NCBI GenBank assembly: GCA_965214405.1
Contig: OZ243956.1
Location: 4,256,001-4,320,000, forward strand
Direction: 5' to 3'
Source of the DNA: Trueperaceae bacterium
GTDB taxonomy: Bacteria > Deinococcota > Deinococci > Deinococcales > Trueperaceae
DNA: 64,000 bases
Part shown: positions 48,768 through 60,584 of the stretch, piece after piece
How the letters are laid out: each line of letters opens with the position of its first letter
How positions within the stretch are numbered: the stretch's first letter is position 1
Translations under genes and position numbers: made by a program
Notes under the pieces: model-generated
The model's input: the letters and a program-made list of their open reading frames with translations, nothing else
Database searches by the model: none
What the model was told of the DNA's origin: nothing

Positions 48768-49922
48768 GTGAAATCCGCGTCTCCCGTCCCCTTCCGTGAC
48801 CGTCTGGTCGTGCGCCTGACGCTCGTCATCGTCGGGGTGGCGGCGCTCTCGCTCTTGCTTACTTTTGCGCTCAACCTGCTTTTTTTCTCGCTCGAGGCCC
48901 GCTCGCTCTCGCCCGAACTGCGCGAGGTAATCGAAAGGTCTCTGGGTGAAGACCAGCGCGGCGAGACCGAGGCTGTGCTCTACAGCCTGGCCGCCGCGTT
49001 CCGAAACACCCAGGTGCGCTCGACGTTCGTCAGCATTGTGCTGTCGGGCGCGCTCTGGGTGCTGCTCGCGGTGCTCGTCGCGCGCGCCGTCGCCCGGCCC
49101 GTCGAGGCGGTGACTTTCGCGGCGGCGCGCATCTCGAGCGGGGATTTGCAGGCCCGCGTGAGCGCGTCCGAACGCTCAGTGGGGGAGATGGCGCTCCTGG
49201 TGACGCACTTTAATGAGATGGCCGCCGCGCTCGAGACTTACGAGCGCGAACGCACCGAGATGATCGCCGCCATTGCACACGAACTGAGGACGCCGCTGGC
49301 GGTGATGGGGGCGCGGCTCGAGGTCCTTGCCGACGGCTTAGTGGACTTTTCGCCCGAGGAGGTGGAACGCTTGAGGCGACAGGTCGCGCTCATCACCCGC
49401 CTCGTGGGAGACCTCCGCACGCTCTCGCTGGCCGACGCGGGCAAGCTTTCACTCCACAAAAGGGACACAGATTTGCTCGAGCTTGTCCGCACTGTTGTGG
49501 CTTCCCTCGAGCCGCGCGCCGCGGCGCGCGGGGTGGCGCTCGAGGTGAGTGGCGCGTCCGTGCGGGCGTTCGTGGACCCTGACCGGATGGCGCAGGTGCT
49601 TTACAACCTGCTCGACAACGCGCTTAGGCACACGCCGCCGGGTGGGCGGGTGGTGGTGGGGCTCGAGGGCGTGGCGGGACGCGCCCGCCTCAGCGTTCGG
49701 GACACGGGACCGGGGTTTGAGGGTGCGCCGGAGAGGCTGTTTGAGCGTTTTTACACGACGGCGGACACAGGGGAATCGTCCGTACCAAAAGCGGGCGGCA
49801 CAGGGCTTGGGCTCGCGCTCGTCAAGACGCTCGCCGAACGCCACGGCGGACGGGTTACGGCGCGTCGGGGTGGGGCAGAGGGAGCCGTCTTTGAGGTAGA
49901 GGTGCCTGTGCGGGAGGTGTAA
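48768..49922 (+). CDS. HAMP sensor histidine kinase (BaeS-like)
   Basis: Two TMs, HAMP, AHELRTPL, NLLDNALRH, DTGPG and GTGLGL. Confidence 0.93.
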   Translation: MKSASPVPFRDRLVVRLTLVIVGVAALSLLLTFALNLLFFSLEARSLSPELREVIERSLGEDQRGETEAVLYSLAAAFRNTQVRSTFVSIVLSGALWVLLAVLVARAVARPVEAVTFAAARISSGDLQARVSASERSVGEMALLVTHFNEMAAALETYERERTEMIAAIAHELRTPLAVMGARLEVLADGLVDFSPEEVERLRRQVALITRLVGDLRTLSLADAGKLSLHKRDTDLLELVRTVVASLEPRAAARGVALEVSGASVRAFVDPDRMAQVLYNLLDNALRHTPPGGRVVVGLEGVAGRARLSVRDTGPGFEGAPERLFERFYTTADTGESSVPKAGGTGLGLALVKTLAERHGGRVTARRGGAEGAVFEVEVPVREV

Positions 49923-50006
49923 AGATGGACGTAGAGGCAGTTTACCCAATGAAGATCCATCTAGCCGTCCGTCGTTCTGATGAGTCGCAAATAAGAGCGC
50001 AAAAAA

Positions 50007-50036
50007 TTTGACAATAACCGACTCAAGTTTCATAAT
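50007..50036 (+). promoter_or_regulatory. clpB promoter overlapped by a HAIR (HspR) operator
   Basis: TTGACA (50008-13), 17 nt, CATAAT (50031-36). TTTGACA-N7-ACTCAAG (50007-50027) compares with HAIR consensus CTTGAGT-N7-ACTCAAG. Confidence 0.75.
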
Positions 50037-50045
50037 AGAGAGACT

Positions 50046-52625
<2,580 letters not shown>

Positions 52626-52656
52626 ACGCGCAGGATCGCGAAAAGACAGTCACACA

Positions 52657-52691
52657 AAAGAGGACTGGGCACTTCCATCCGGTCCTCTTTC
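52657..52691 (+). terminator. Terminator after clpB
   Basis: AAAGAGGAC...GTCCTCTTT stem. Confidence 0.6.
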
Positions 52692-52753
52692 GCTATGTTG
52701 AGGCAGGTTAAACTGTGATGGTTTGTCTAGGCTCGAGCCCAAAGGAGACCCTC

Positions 52754-54247
52754 ATGCAAAAATTACCGACCCCCAACCCTACAGATACAAAAGTGGGTAC
52801 AACACCTCGAACCACCATCACCGTTGCCCAAGGCGACGGCATCGGCCCGGAGATTACCGAGGCGACCCTGCGCGTGTTGGAAGCGGCCCAAGCCCCTGTG
52901 AGCTTTGACAAGGTCGAAATCGGCAAGCAGGCTTACGAGCGGGGCGTCACCTCGGGGATACCGGCGGAAGCCTGGGACGCGATCCGCCGCAACCGTGTGC
53001 TGTTAAAGGGACCCATCACCACGCCGCAGGGGGGCGGCTACAAGAGCCTCAACGTGACGTTGCGCAAAACGCTCAACTTGTTCGCCAACGTGCGTCAAAC
53101 CAAAGCCTACACGCCCTTTGTCGCCTCCATGCACCCCGACATGAACGTGGTCATCATCCGCGAGAACGAAGAAGATTTGTACGCGGGCATCGAGCACCAG
53201 CAGACCGCCGAGGTCACGCAGGTCCTCAAGCTCATTACCCGCCCCGGCAGCGAGCGCATCGTCCGCTACGCCTTTGAGTACGCGCGCGCCTACGGGCGGC
53301 GCAAGGTCACCTGCATGACCAAAGACAACATCATGAAGTTGACCGACGGACTCTTTCACCGGGTGTTCCGCGAGGTGGCGGCGGATTATCCCGACATCAC
53401 CGCCGAGCACCAGATTATCGACATCGGCGCGGCGCGTCTCGCGGTCTCGCCGGAGGCGTTCGACGTGATCGTCACGCTCAACCTTTATGGCGATATCCTT
53501 TCGGACATCACCGCGCAGCTCGCGGGCTCGGTGGGGCTGGCGGGCTCGGCCAACATCGGCAGCGAGGCGGCGATGTTCGAGGCCATCCACGGCAGCGCGC
53601 CCGACATCGCGGGTCAGGGAATCGCCAATCCGTCGGGCTTACTCGTCGCGGCCACGCAGATGCTCGTCCACGTCGGCGAGGCCGACACCGCCACGCGCAT
53701 CAAAAACGCCTGGCTCAGGACCTTAGAGGACGGGATTCATACCGGCGACATCTATCACTCGAGCGTGAGCCAGCACAAAGTCGGCACCGAGGCGTTCGCC
53801 GACGCGGTGATCGAGCGCTTGGGTGAAGCGCCGCGCACGCTCGAGCCCGTCCACTACCAGCCGGGCGGCGTCCAGGTCGCGCTCAAGCCGCGAGCGCGGG
53901 AGGAAAAAGCCCTGGTCGGCGTGGACGTCTTTTTGGACTGGTCCGAGGCCGAAAGGCAGCCCGAGGTGTTGGGGGAGCGGCTCGAGCGCGTTGCCGATGA
54001 CGTCAACTGGCAGCTCGTCATGATCACCAACCGCGGCGTCAAGGTCTACCCCGAGGGCCTGCCCGAGACCTTTTGCACCGACCACTGGCGCTGCCGCTTT
54101 ACGCCCCAGTCAGCCCAGACGACCTCGTTTGCGCGCGTGCTCGAGCTGCTCGGCGCGCTCGACCAGGGCGGTTTAGAAGTTATCAAAACCGAACATCTGT
54201 ATACCTTTGACGGCGAACCTGCCTTTTCACTCGGTCAGGGGCAGTAG
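52754..54247 (+). CDS. icd: NADP-dependent isocitrate dehydrogenase (Thermus/Rickettsia type with C-terminal extension)
   Basis: GDGIGPEI, KGPITTPQGGGYKSLNV, RENEEDLY, NLYGDILSD, FEAIHGSAPDIAG and ITNRGVKVYP...DHWRCRF. Confidence 0.95.
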   Translation: MQKLPTPNPTDTKVGTTPRTTITVAQGDGIGPEITEATLRVLEAAQAPVSFDKVEIGKQAYERGVTSGIPAEAWDAIRRNRVLLKGPITTPQGGGYKSLNVTLRKTLNLFANVRQTKAYTPFVASMHPDMNVVIIRENEEDLYAGIEHQQTAEVTQVLKLITRPGSERIVRYAFEYARAYGRRKVTCMTKDNIMKLTDGLFHRVFREVAADYPDITAEHQIIDIGAARLAVSPEAFDVIVTLNLYGDILSDITAQLAGSVGLAGSANIGSEAAMFEAIHGSAPDIAGQGIANPSGLLVAATQMLVHVGEADTATRIKNAWLRTLEDGIHTGDIYHSSVSQHKVGTEAFADAVIERLGEAPRTLEPVHYQPGGVQVALKPRAREEKALVGVDVFLDWSEAERQPEVLGERLERVADDVNWQLVMITNRGVKVYPEGLPETFCTDHWRCRFTPQSAQTTSFARVLELLGALDQGGLEVIKTEHLYTFDGEPAFSLGQGQ

Positions 54248-54322
54248 TTAGAGATAGTAGCGCGCCTGACATCCGTCTGGACATCTGGCTGCGGGCGCGT
54301 TTTCTCAAACATGCGGGTCTAA

Positions 54323-54535
54323 GCTGAGAGCGACGCCCCGCCCGACTACCAGGATTTTCTCTACGTGGCTGTGACCGTCGGCGTGACCTTTGGCGTGTCG
54401 GACTCGGACCTGACCTCGCACGAGATGCGCCGCGCCGTGACCAAGCACTCGCTTCTGTCGTTTCTGTGCGGCACGGTGATTATTGCGCTCTCGCTCAACG
54501 TGATTACGGGGTTGTTGCCACCTAAGTCTGGGTAG
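54323..54535 (+). pseudogene. C-terminal fragment of a DUF1345 membrane protein
   Basis: PDYQDFLYVAVTVGVTFGVSDSDLTSHEMRRAVTKHSLLSFLCGTVIIALSLNVITGL, with no in-frame N-terminal half. Confidence 0.75.
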
Positions 54536-54586
54536 CGCGTTTTCCGTGAGGGTGGGTCAGGCGGCGTGGCTTGTTACGTCGTAGCT

Positions 54587-54934
54587 CTAAATGAGCACGT
54601 CGGCGGAGATGCCCAGGCCGGTATGCAACTGGCGAATCATCTCGAGCGTGAGGGGTTGCCTTCGTTCCAGCACCTCCGCGACTTGCGAGGAGCTACCAAG
54701 ATAGGGCGTAAGGCTTTCGCGCGATAAGCCGCGACTCTCCAGATGATACAAAATCGCGGCAACCGGGTCGGGCGCGGGAATGGCGTAATGCCTTTCCTCG
54801 TAAGCCTTAACCAGCGCCGTCAGGACCAGCAGACGGTCTCCTTCTGCCGACTCCAGCTCCGCCTCGAGAAGTATCTCGATTTCTGCGAGCGCCGCTTCGA
54901 GGTCTGCATCAGTGTTAATGGGTCGGATATCCAT
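54587..54934 (-). CDS. HigA-like antitoxin (no adjacent higB)
   Basis: IRPINT..D...AL, L..LV.AYE..HY...PDP and HTH ...LTLEMIR.LH..LGI.A.VLI. Confidence 0.85.
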   Translation of the reverse strand: MDIRPINTDADLEAALAEIEILLEAELESAEGDRLLVLTALVKAYEERHYAIPAPDPVAAILYHLESRGLSRESLTPYLGSSSQVAEVLERRQPLTLEMIRQLHTGLGISADVLI

Positions 54935-54951
54935 ACGTTCTCTTGGCGCTC

Positions 54952-55278
54952 CTATCTATCAGATACACCTGTAAGCCTTTCGGCAATCCACTGGTTGAGA
55001 CTTTTGCCCTCTTTTTTGGACAGGGTGTAAACCTTGCGGTGCAGTTCGGGCGGTAAGCGGAGCATGAGCTTACCGGAAAAGGGCTTGTCGGGCTCTTCAC
55101 CTCTTGACGCGCAAAACTCGAGATAATCGTCCACCGAGTCCCGAAACGCCCCCTCTAATTCGTCCACAGTCTTGCCCTGAAAGGTGACGACATCTCGCAG
55201 GTCAAGGACCTCTCCGTGGAAAACACCCGCTTCATCATTAAACTCAACGTGGCCTGTATAACCTTTGTGGTTTAGCAC
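54952..55278 (-). CDS. HicB antitoxin (no adjacent hicA)
   Basis: HKGYTG.VEF, DVVTFQG, F..SVDDYLEFC and PDKPFSGK..LR.PPELHR. Confidence 0.88.
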   Translation of the reverse strand: MLNHKGYTGHVEFNDEAGVFHGEVLDLRDVVTFQGKTVDELEGAFRDSVDDYLEFCASRGEEPDKPFSGKLMLRLPPELHRKVYTLSKKEGKSLNQWIAERLTGVSDR

Positions 55279-55328
55279 CTCAGTTCTCCTCGGGAGCGAA
55301 CCTCGCTTTAACAAGAGAATGCCTTCGC

Positions 55329-55661
55329 TTACGCCAGAGCAAGAAAGGCAACGTCTAAGTCATCGTAAAAGCTTTGTACCACCGTAAAGTTCTCGCGCAA
55401 CAAAACGGCTACCGCGGCGGTGGGCGCGTTCCCAAGGCGCAGCCAAATCACCTTCGGCGGGTGCCCCCGCAGAAAACTCAGTTGGTGAAAATCCGAATCT
55501 TTAGACACAATGACGAACTCGTGTATAGCGGCGTAGTTCCAAATGGTTTCGTCATCGGCTTCGTGTAAACCCAATTCGCGCACGTGGGCCGAGTCGGGAT
55601 AAAGGTCGGCAAGGGAGCGGACTAAGAGGGACGAAAGGTTCTGATCGAAAAGCAGCTTCAA
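55329..55661 (-). CDS. DUF5615 PIN-like toxin
   Basis: MKLLFDQNLS, ADDETIW, VSKDSDF and PPKVIWLRLGN; TTG start at 55661. Confidence 0.88.
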   Translation of the reverse strand: MKLLFDQNLSSLLVRSLADLYPDSAHVRELGLHEADDETIWNYAAIHEFVIVSKDSDFHQLSFLRGHPPKVIWLRLGNAPTAAVAVLLRENFTVVQSFYDDLDVAFLALA

Positions 55662-55885
55662 AGAGAGGGCACCGCCAGCAGCTTCCGCTCCCGGTCTGCC
55701 GCGAACGCCAAGCACGCCTGAATGTCTAAGGGCGTGAGTTCGGGGAAGTCCGCCAAGATTTCTTCCTGTGACATGCCCCCTGCTAAATACTCCAAAATAT
55801 CCTGCACGGTAATGCGCATCCCGCGGATGCACGGTTTGCCGCTGCGCTTGCCCGGCTCGAGGGTGATGATGTCGCGGTAGTCCAT
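55658..55885 (-). CDS. DUF433 antitoxin
   Basis: ITLEPGKRSGKPCIRGMRITVQDIL...DFPELT..DI.ACL. Confidence 0.92.
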   Translation of the reverse strand: MDYRDIITLEPGKRSGKPCIRGMRITVQDILEYLAGGMSQEEILADFPELTPLDIQACLAFAADRERKLLAVPSL

Positions 55886-55941
55886 AGTTATGAGGATAGC
55901 CGAGCGGTCACGGGAAAGCAACCGGATGTGTGATGTGCGAG

Positions 55942-56364
55942 TTACACGCCTCGAGCCCCCACCGGATGCGCCTTACTAAACTCCAACAAATCCCACAGAT
56001 TTCCGTAAAGGTCTTCAAAAACGGCGACCGTGCCGTAAGCTTCCGTTTTGGGCTCCCTCACAAACTTTATGCCCTTTGCCACCATATCGTTGTAGTCTCT
56101 CCAAAAATCGTCCGTGCTGAGAAACAAGAACACTCTGCCGCCGGATTGATTGCCGATAAAGGGCTGCTGTTCGGGTTTCGACGCTCTCGCTAGGAGTAAG
56201 GTTGCGCCGCTCGAGCCCGGTGGAGAAACCACCACCCAACGTTTGTCTTGCTCGAGTTGATGAGTGTCCTCGAGGACCGTGAAGTGAAGTTTGTTCGTAT
56301 AGAAGTCTATGGCCTCGTCGTAATCTTTGATGACTAAGGCGATGTGGGCGATGGATTGTTTCAT
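55942..56364 (-). CDS. VOC family protein
   Basis: IAHIALV..DYDEAI.FY, GNQSGGRVFLFL and YGTVAVFEDLYGNLWDL. Confidence 0.9.
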   Translation of the reverse strand: MKQSIAHIALVIKDYDEAIDFYTNKLHFTVLEDTHQLEQDKRWVVVSPPGSSGATLLLARASKPEQQPFIGNQSGGRVFLFLSTDDFWRDYNDMVAKGIKFVREPKTEAYGTVAVFEDLYGNLWDLLEFSKAHPVGARGV

Positions 56365-56466
56365 GGGTTGATTCTCCGTTACGTTACTTCTGCTGCGTAA
56401 TGAACTAATTTCGCACGGTCAAGAGCGTTCAAACGCAAGTGGGACATAGTTTGAGTAATTTGCGCG

Positions 56467-57246
56467 TCAGTACGGAGTAAAGCCCATAGTTTTCCCTGCC
56501 GTATCCAAAAACCAGCGCCCTTGCATCATGCTGTTGACGCCGAAGATGAGGTCTACTTTTCTACCAATGACGCTGCTTAGGCCGCTTAAATCTGTGACCA
56601 TGCCTTCTAGTTTCAACTCGTAGTCACCAAATTTGACCGTACCGAGGTTGAGAAACTCGAGCGTTCGCTCATCGCTGAGGGTGTCATGAACGGGCACATC
56701 AAAAAGTTTTTCCGCCTTTGGAAAGTTCTTTAGACACGCCTGGTCAATCACCGTGTTGCCCGCTCCAAGGTCAAAAACAGCACTGACTTCCCCCTCGCCC
56801 TGAAGCGAAAAGAACGGCAGTCCCATGACTGTGTCCAAGGATTGTGTTGCAAGTTTGGTCAAACCATCAGCAGACCATTTGCTGATGGTTTGTGTCCTGA
56901 AATCAAAAACGATGGGTTCAGACAAGATGATGTCGTTACTGAGCACCACATCAGCGTCAAACGGGAGGTTGGTAAGCACGTCCTTGTGGTCAACGACGGA
57001 CGCAGAAACATCGTCAAACGTTTTGTCTAAAAAAGTTAGCGATTCAATTTGGACCATCTTTACCTTCTGCTTGCCAAAAACGCCAGCAACGTCTTTTTCA
57101 CCCGTAACGCCCAGCTCTTGAGCAAGCGCTTTTGTGACGCGGCAACGGTTCGCCCCCGTATCCAACTGGGCAAACGTTTCTTTGCCGTTGATGTTTACAG
57201 GCATGTAAATCCACCAGTCGAAAATTGTAAACCGCGTGTCTGCCAT
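56467..57246 (-). CDS. Tandem retropepsin-like aspartyl protease
   Basis: VNING......LDTGA in the first domain and VFDLGA in the second; DLIFG. Confidence 0.7.
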   Translation of the reverse strand: MADTRFTIFDWWIYMPVNINGKETFAQLDTGANRCRVTKALAQELGVTGEKDVAGVFGKQKVKMVQIESLTFLDKTFDDVSASVVDHKDVLTNLPFDADVVLSNDIILSEPIVFDFRTQTISKWSADGLTKLATQSLDTVMGLPFFSLQGEGEVSAVFDLGAGNTVIDQACLKNFPKAEKLFDVPVHDTLSDERTLEFLNLGTVKFGDYELKLEGMVTDLSGLSSVIGRKVDLIFGVNSMMQGRWFLDTAGKTMGFTPY

Positions 57247-57344
57247 TTAGTCCTCCTGAAGCTAAGTCTTTAGAAAGATTATACGGCTAACCGTCCAGTA
57301 GACCCCCAAACAGATTTGGTTTGGAAACATGGTTACTCCTTCGC

Positions 57345-59363
57345 TTAATCCGCCGCCTCTTGCCTCACCGCCTCAATCCTCACCACCACATTCCCAAAGG
57401 TGCTACCCCCGCCCAAATCGGTCAACCGTTCGCTGGTAAGGTCGTTCAAACTCTTCCCGTCGGGGGCCAGCTTGGGCCACCACTGCCCGAGCGCGACGAG
57501 CGCGCCCTCCACCGCGTCCTCGCTGACCAGGGTTTTGCGTAAGATGCTGCCTTGGGCGCTTACGATTTCATGACGCTCCCCGTGCTGGATGTTAAAGCGT
57601 GCGGCGTCTCGAGGGTGAATCATCACCTGCGGCTCGCCGCCCGCGGCCTCGAGCAGGCTCTCGATGTTGCCCATGCTGGTGTTGAGCACGTGCGAGCCGG
57701 GGGGCGAAATCATGCGGAGCGGGTAGGTGGGGCTCGGTTGCTCTTCGAAGGTGAGCTGCCGCGGCGCGGGGGAGAAGCGAATCTTTTTGTCCTCGAAGTG
57801 GCTGCCGTCGGCGTAGGGGCGGAAGTCGGCGGGCAGGTTCAGCCGGATGCTGCGCTCTTCTTTGAGCCGCTCGAGAGTAATGCCCCGCACCGAAGGATGG
57901 TCGCTGTTTAATAAATCCCTCGCCACCTCTTCCGCGCTCCAGGTGAGGGTTTCGTCCTCAAGCCCCAAGCATTTGGCGAGTTCACCAAAAACCCAGGAGT
58001 TGGGGCGCGCCTCGCCTCGAGCCTCCACCACCGGCTCCGCCCACTGCAAGTAGTAGTGACCGTAGGCGGTGTAGAGGTCGGGGTGCTCCAAAAAGGTCGT
58101 CGCGGGTAAAAGATAATCGGCGTAGTCGGCGGAGTCGGTCTGGAAATGCTCCAAGACGACGGTGAAAAGGTCCTCACGCGTTAGACCTTTACGGACTCGA
58201 GACGAATCGGGCGCAACCGCCGCCGGGTTGGAGTTGAACACAAAAAGCGCCTTGATAGGATTTTCTGTCTCTTCCAACGCCGAGGCGAGACGGTTCTGGT
58301 TGATGCGCCGCACCCCCGGCTTGACAAGGTGCGCCCCCGCATAGCGCGCCGTGTTGAGGCCGAAGCCGCCGCTCGTGGAAATCGCCGCCCCGCCGCCCCG
58401 GTGTTGCCAGGCCCCGGTAAGCGCCGGGAGCAGCGTGACCGCCCGCACCGCGTTGCCGCCGCCCTCGTTGCGGGTCATGCCGTAGCCGATGCGGATAAAG
58501 GAGGCGCGTGAGGTGGCAAAAGCTCGAGCTACCTTTCGAATACGTTCGGCAGAGAGCCCGCAGAGGGCCGCCGCGCGTTCGGGCGTCCATTCAGCGCAGG
58601 CGGCGCGGTAGTCGCTGAGGTCGTTGGCGTGGGCCTCGAGGTACGCCCTGTCCTCCAAACCCTCCTCCAAAATCACCCCACTCATCGCCAGCGCCAAGGC
58701 CGCGTCGGTCCCTACGTTGAGCTGCCAGTGCTCGTCGGCAAAGCGCGAGGTCTCGTTGCGGTAGGGGTCGATGTGGAGGACCAACGCGCCGTTTCGCCGC
58801 GCCTCTTTGAGAAACGGCGTGAGGTGGAGATTGCTGCGCAGCGAGTTGATGCCCCAGAGGATAATAAACTTCGCGTGCGGCACGCTTTCGGGGTCGGTGC
58901 CCACCTTGTGTGGCCCGTAGTTCGCCTCCCAACCCGCGCCGCCCGTCGCGGCGCAGATGGTCCACTCGAGTTCCGACGCACCCAACGCACGAAAAAACGC
59001 GAGCGGGTGGTCGCGCTCGACGAAACCCATCGTCCCGGCATAGGAGTAAGGCAGCACGGCCTCGCCGCCGTATTCGTCAACGACGCCCCGGAGTTTTGCC
59101 GCAATCTCGCCCAACGCCTCGTCCCAGCTCACGGGCTCGAAACGGCCCTCGCCCTTTGCGCCCACACGTTTGAGGGGGTGCTCGAGCCTCTCCCCATGAT
59201 TCTGCCGCTCAGGATACTTGTACGTCTTGACGCAGGCAAAACCCTTGGTCACGGGGTGCGCGGGGTTGCCCTCGAGCTTGACAACCTCGCCATTTTCAAC
59301 CGTGATGAGCAACGAGCAGGTGTCGGGGCAGTCTAGGGGGCAGACGGAAGGAAGTTTGGGCAT
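57345..59363 (-). CDS. Molybdopterin oxidoreductase (4Fe-4S plus bis-MGD)
   Basis: CPLDCPDTC...C, SWDEAL, YSYAGTMG, TICA, ADYLLPATT and a C-terminal molybdopterin-binding domain. Confidence 0.9.
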   Translation of the reverse strand: MPKLPSVCPLDCPDTCSLLITVENGEVVKLEGNPAHPVTKGFACVKTYKYPERQNHGERLEHPLKRVGAKGEGRFEPVSWDEALGEIAAKLRGVVDEYGGEAVLPYSYAGTMGFVERDHPLAFFRALGASELEWTICAATGGAGWEANYGPHKVGTDPESVPHAKFIILWGINSLRSNLHLTPFLKEARRNGALVLHIDPYRNETSRFADEHWQLNVGTDAALALAMSGVILEEGLEDRAYLEAHANDLSDYRAACAEWTPERAAALCGLSAERIRKVARAFATSRASFIRIGYGMTRNEGGGNAVRAVTLLPALTGAWQHRGGGAAISTSGGFGLNTARYAGAHLVKPGVRRINQNRLASALEETENPIKALFVFNSNPAAVAPDSSRVRKGLTREDLFTVVLEHFQTDSADYADYLLPATTFLEHPDLYTAYGHYYLQWAEPVVEARGEARPNSWVFGELAKCLGLEDETLTWSAEEVARDLLNSDHPSVRGITLERLKEERSIRLNLPADFRPYADGSHFEDKKIRFSPAPRQLTFEEQPSPTYPLRMISPPGSHVLNTSMGNIESLLEAAGGEPQVMIHPRDAARFNIQHGERHEIVSAQGSILRKTLVSEDAVEGALVALGQWWPKLAPDGKSLNDLTSERLTDLGGGSTFGNVVVRIEAVRQEAAD

Positions 59364-59391
59364 GGCTTAGGATACGTCTTCACAGCGCCCT

Positions 59392-60006
59392 CTACCAAAC
59401 CTCGCGCAGGTCGAGCAAAAAACCCGCCAGCGTGGGGTCTCCCGAAACCGTATCGGGATTGTCCAGCACCTCAACGTCGTCGGTTGTATAGACGCAAACG
59501 CGCTTCTCGCCCGGAACGATAAGCCAACCCAAGAGAGCGCCGTTCTCTCTATACTCCACCATTTTCTTTTGTAAAACGTTCACGCTGTCGGTGGGGGAGG
59601 CGAGCTCGAGCACGAACTCGGGACACAGGGGCGCAAACGCCCGGTACTCTTTTTCGGAGACTTCGGCTAAACGTTCCAAACTCACCCACGAAGCGTCGGG
59701 CGAGCGCACCGCGCCGTTGGGCAAGCGAAAGCCCGTGGAGGAGCCGAACGCCTTGCCCGTCCCGTCCCCCTTGGCCCACAGCCTGAGCTGCATGTTGACT
59801 TCCGAATCCCTGTCTCCCGTCTCGGTTCCGGTGGGCGGCATGACGATGAGGTCTCCTTCGGCGCTCCGCTCGAGGCGCACGTTCTGGTTGAGGGATGAAA
59901 GCTCGAGGAGCCACGCGTCATCCAGAACCAAATCACGAGGAAAACGCAGCGTGATGGGTTTCTCCCCAGCGTTAGGTTCCGGCTTGTGAGGTGGGCGAAC
60001 CGCCAT
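59392..60006 (-). CDS. Uma2-family endonuclease
   Basis: LER...G.LIVMPP.G, SSTGF.LPNGAVRSPDASW, P.FVLEL.SP.D and KM.EY..NG..LGWLI. Confidence 0.92.
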   Translation of the reverse strand: MAVRPPHKPEPNAGEKPITLRFPRDLVLDDAWLLELSSLNQNVRLERSAEGDLIVMPPTGTETGDRDSEVNMQLRLWAKGDGTGKAFGSSTGFRLPNGAVRSPDASWVSLERLAEVSEKEYRAFAPLCPEFVLELASPTDSVNVLQKKMVEYRENGALLGWLIVPGEKRVCVYTTDDVEVLDNPDTVSGDPTLAGFLLDLREVW

Positions 60007-60009
60007 GCC

Positions 60010-60582
60010 TTAGGATACGCCTTTTCGCATCGCCCTCACCGAATCCCGCGCAAAACGGCGCTGCATGTGCCGCGCGAAGGGGTAGCCGAGCCACACCAAA
60101 GGGTGCTGCGGCCTCGAGAGAGCCAGCAGGTTGTACCAAACTGAACCATCCCGCAACTCGACCGAAAACCGCTCCTCACCCTCTTCCAAATGCCCCGGCA
60201 GCGTGCCGATGGCGAAGCCGTAGCGCGTGGGCGTGTCCACCACGTAGACGATGCGGGCGGTGCTCAGCGAGTAGAACCCCAAGTGACGCGCGAGGATGCC
60301 AAAGGTTGCGCCGGGTTCGATTTTTGAGGTAGGCGGGTGAAGCTCGAGCCAAGGCGCGCCGTACATCACGAGAGCGTTCACCGCGGCTTTGGCGCTTGAG
60401 AAAGCCTTTTCGCCGCCCCCTAACCTTGCCCGGTAGTGGTCCACTTTGTAATTCGAAGGCGGGTGACGCAAGCGTGCGCCGGGATGGGTTATGCCGACCT
60501 CGCGTTAGGAAAAGGGAAGGCGGCGCTGGGCCTCGAGCACCCTCTCAACGTGCTTTCTATCGGGACGCGTGAGATAAAACAA
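60010..60582 (-). pseudogene. DUF1990 family protein with an in-frame TAA at 60507-60505
   Basis: MFYLTRP...LPFS*REVG (family motif F.Y.EVG) continues in frame into GFAIGTLPGHLEEGEERF. Confidence 0.8.
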
Positions 60583-60584
60583 GG

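Noticed and set aside
47975..48874. Long antisense or overlapping ORFs (also 7491..8408, 16040..16894, 40037..40753, 50120..50980 and similar)
   Set aside because: These are shadow ORFs of well-supported genes in GC-rich DNA with no family motifs.
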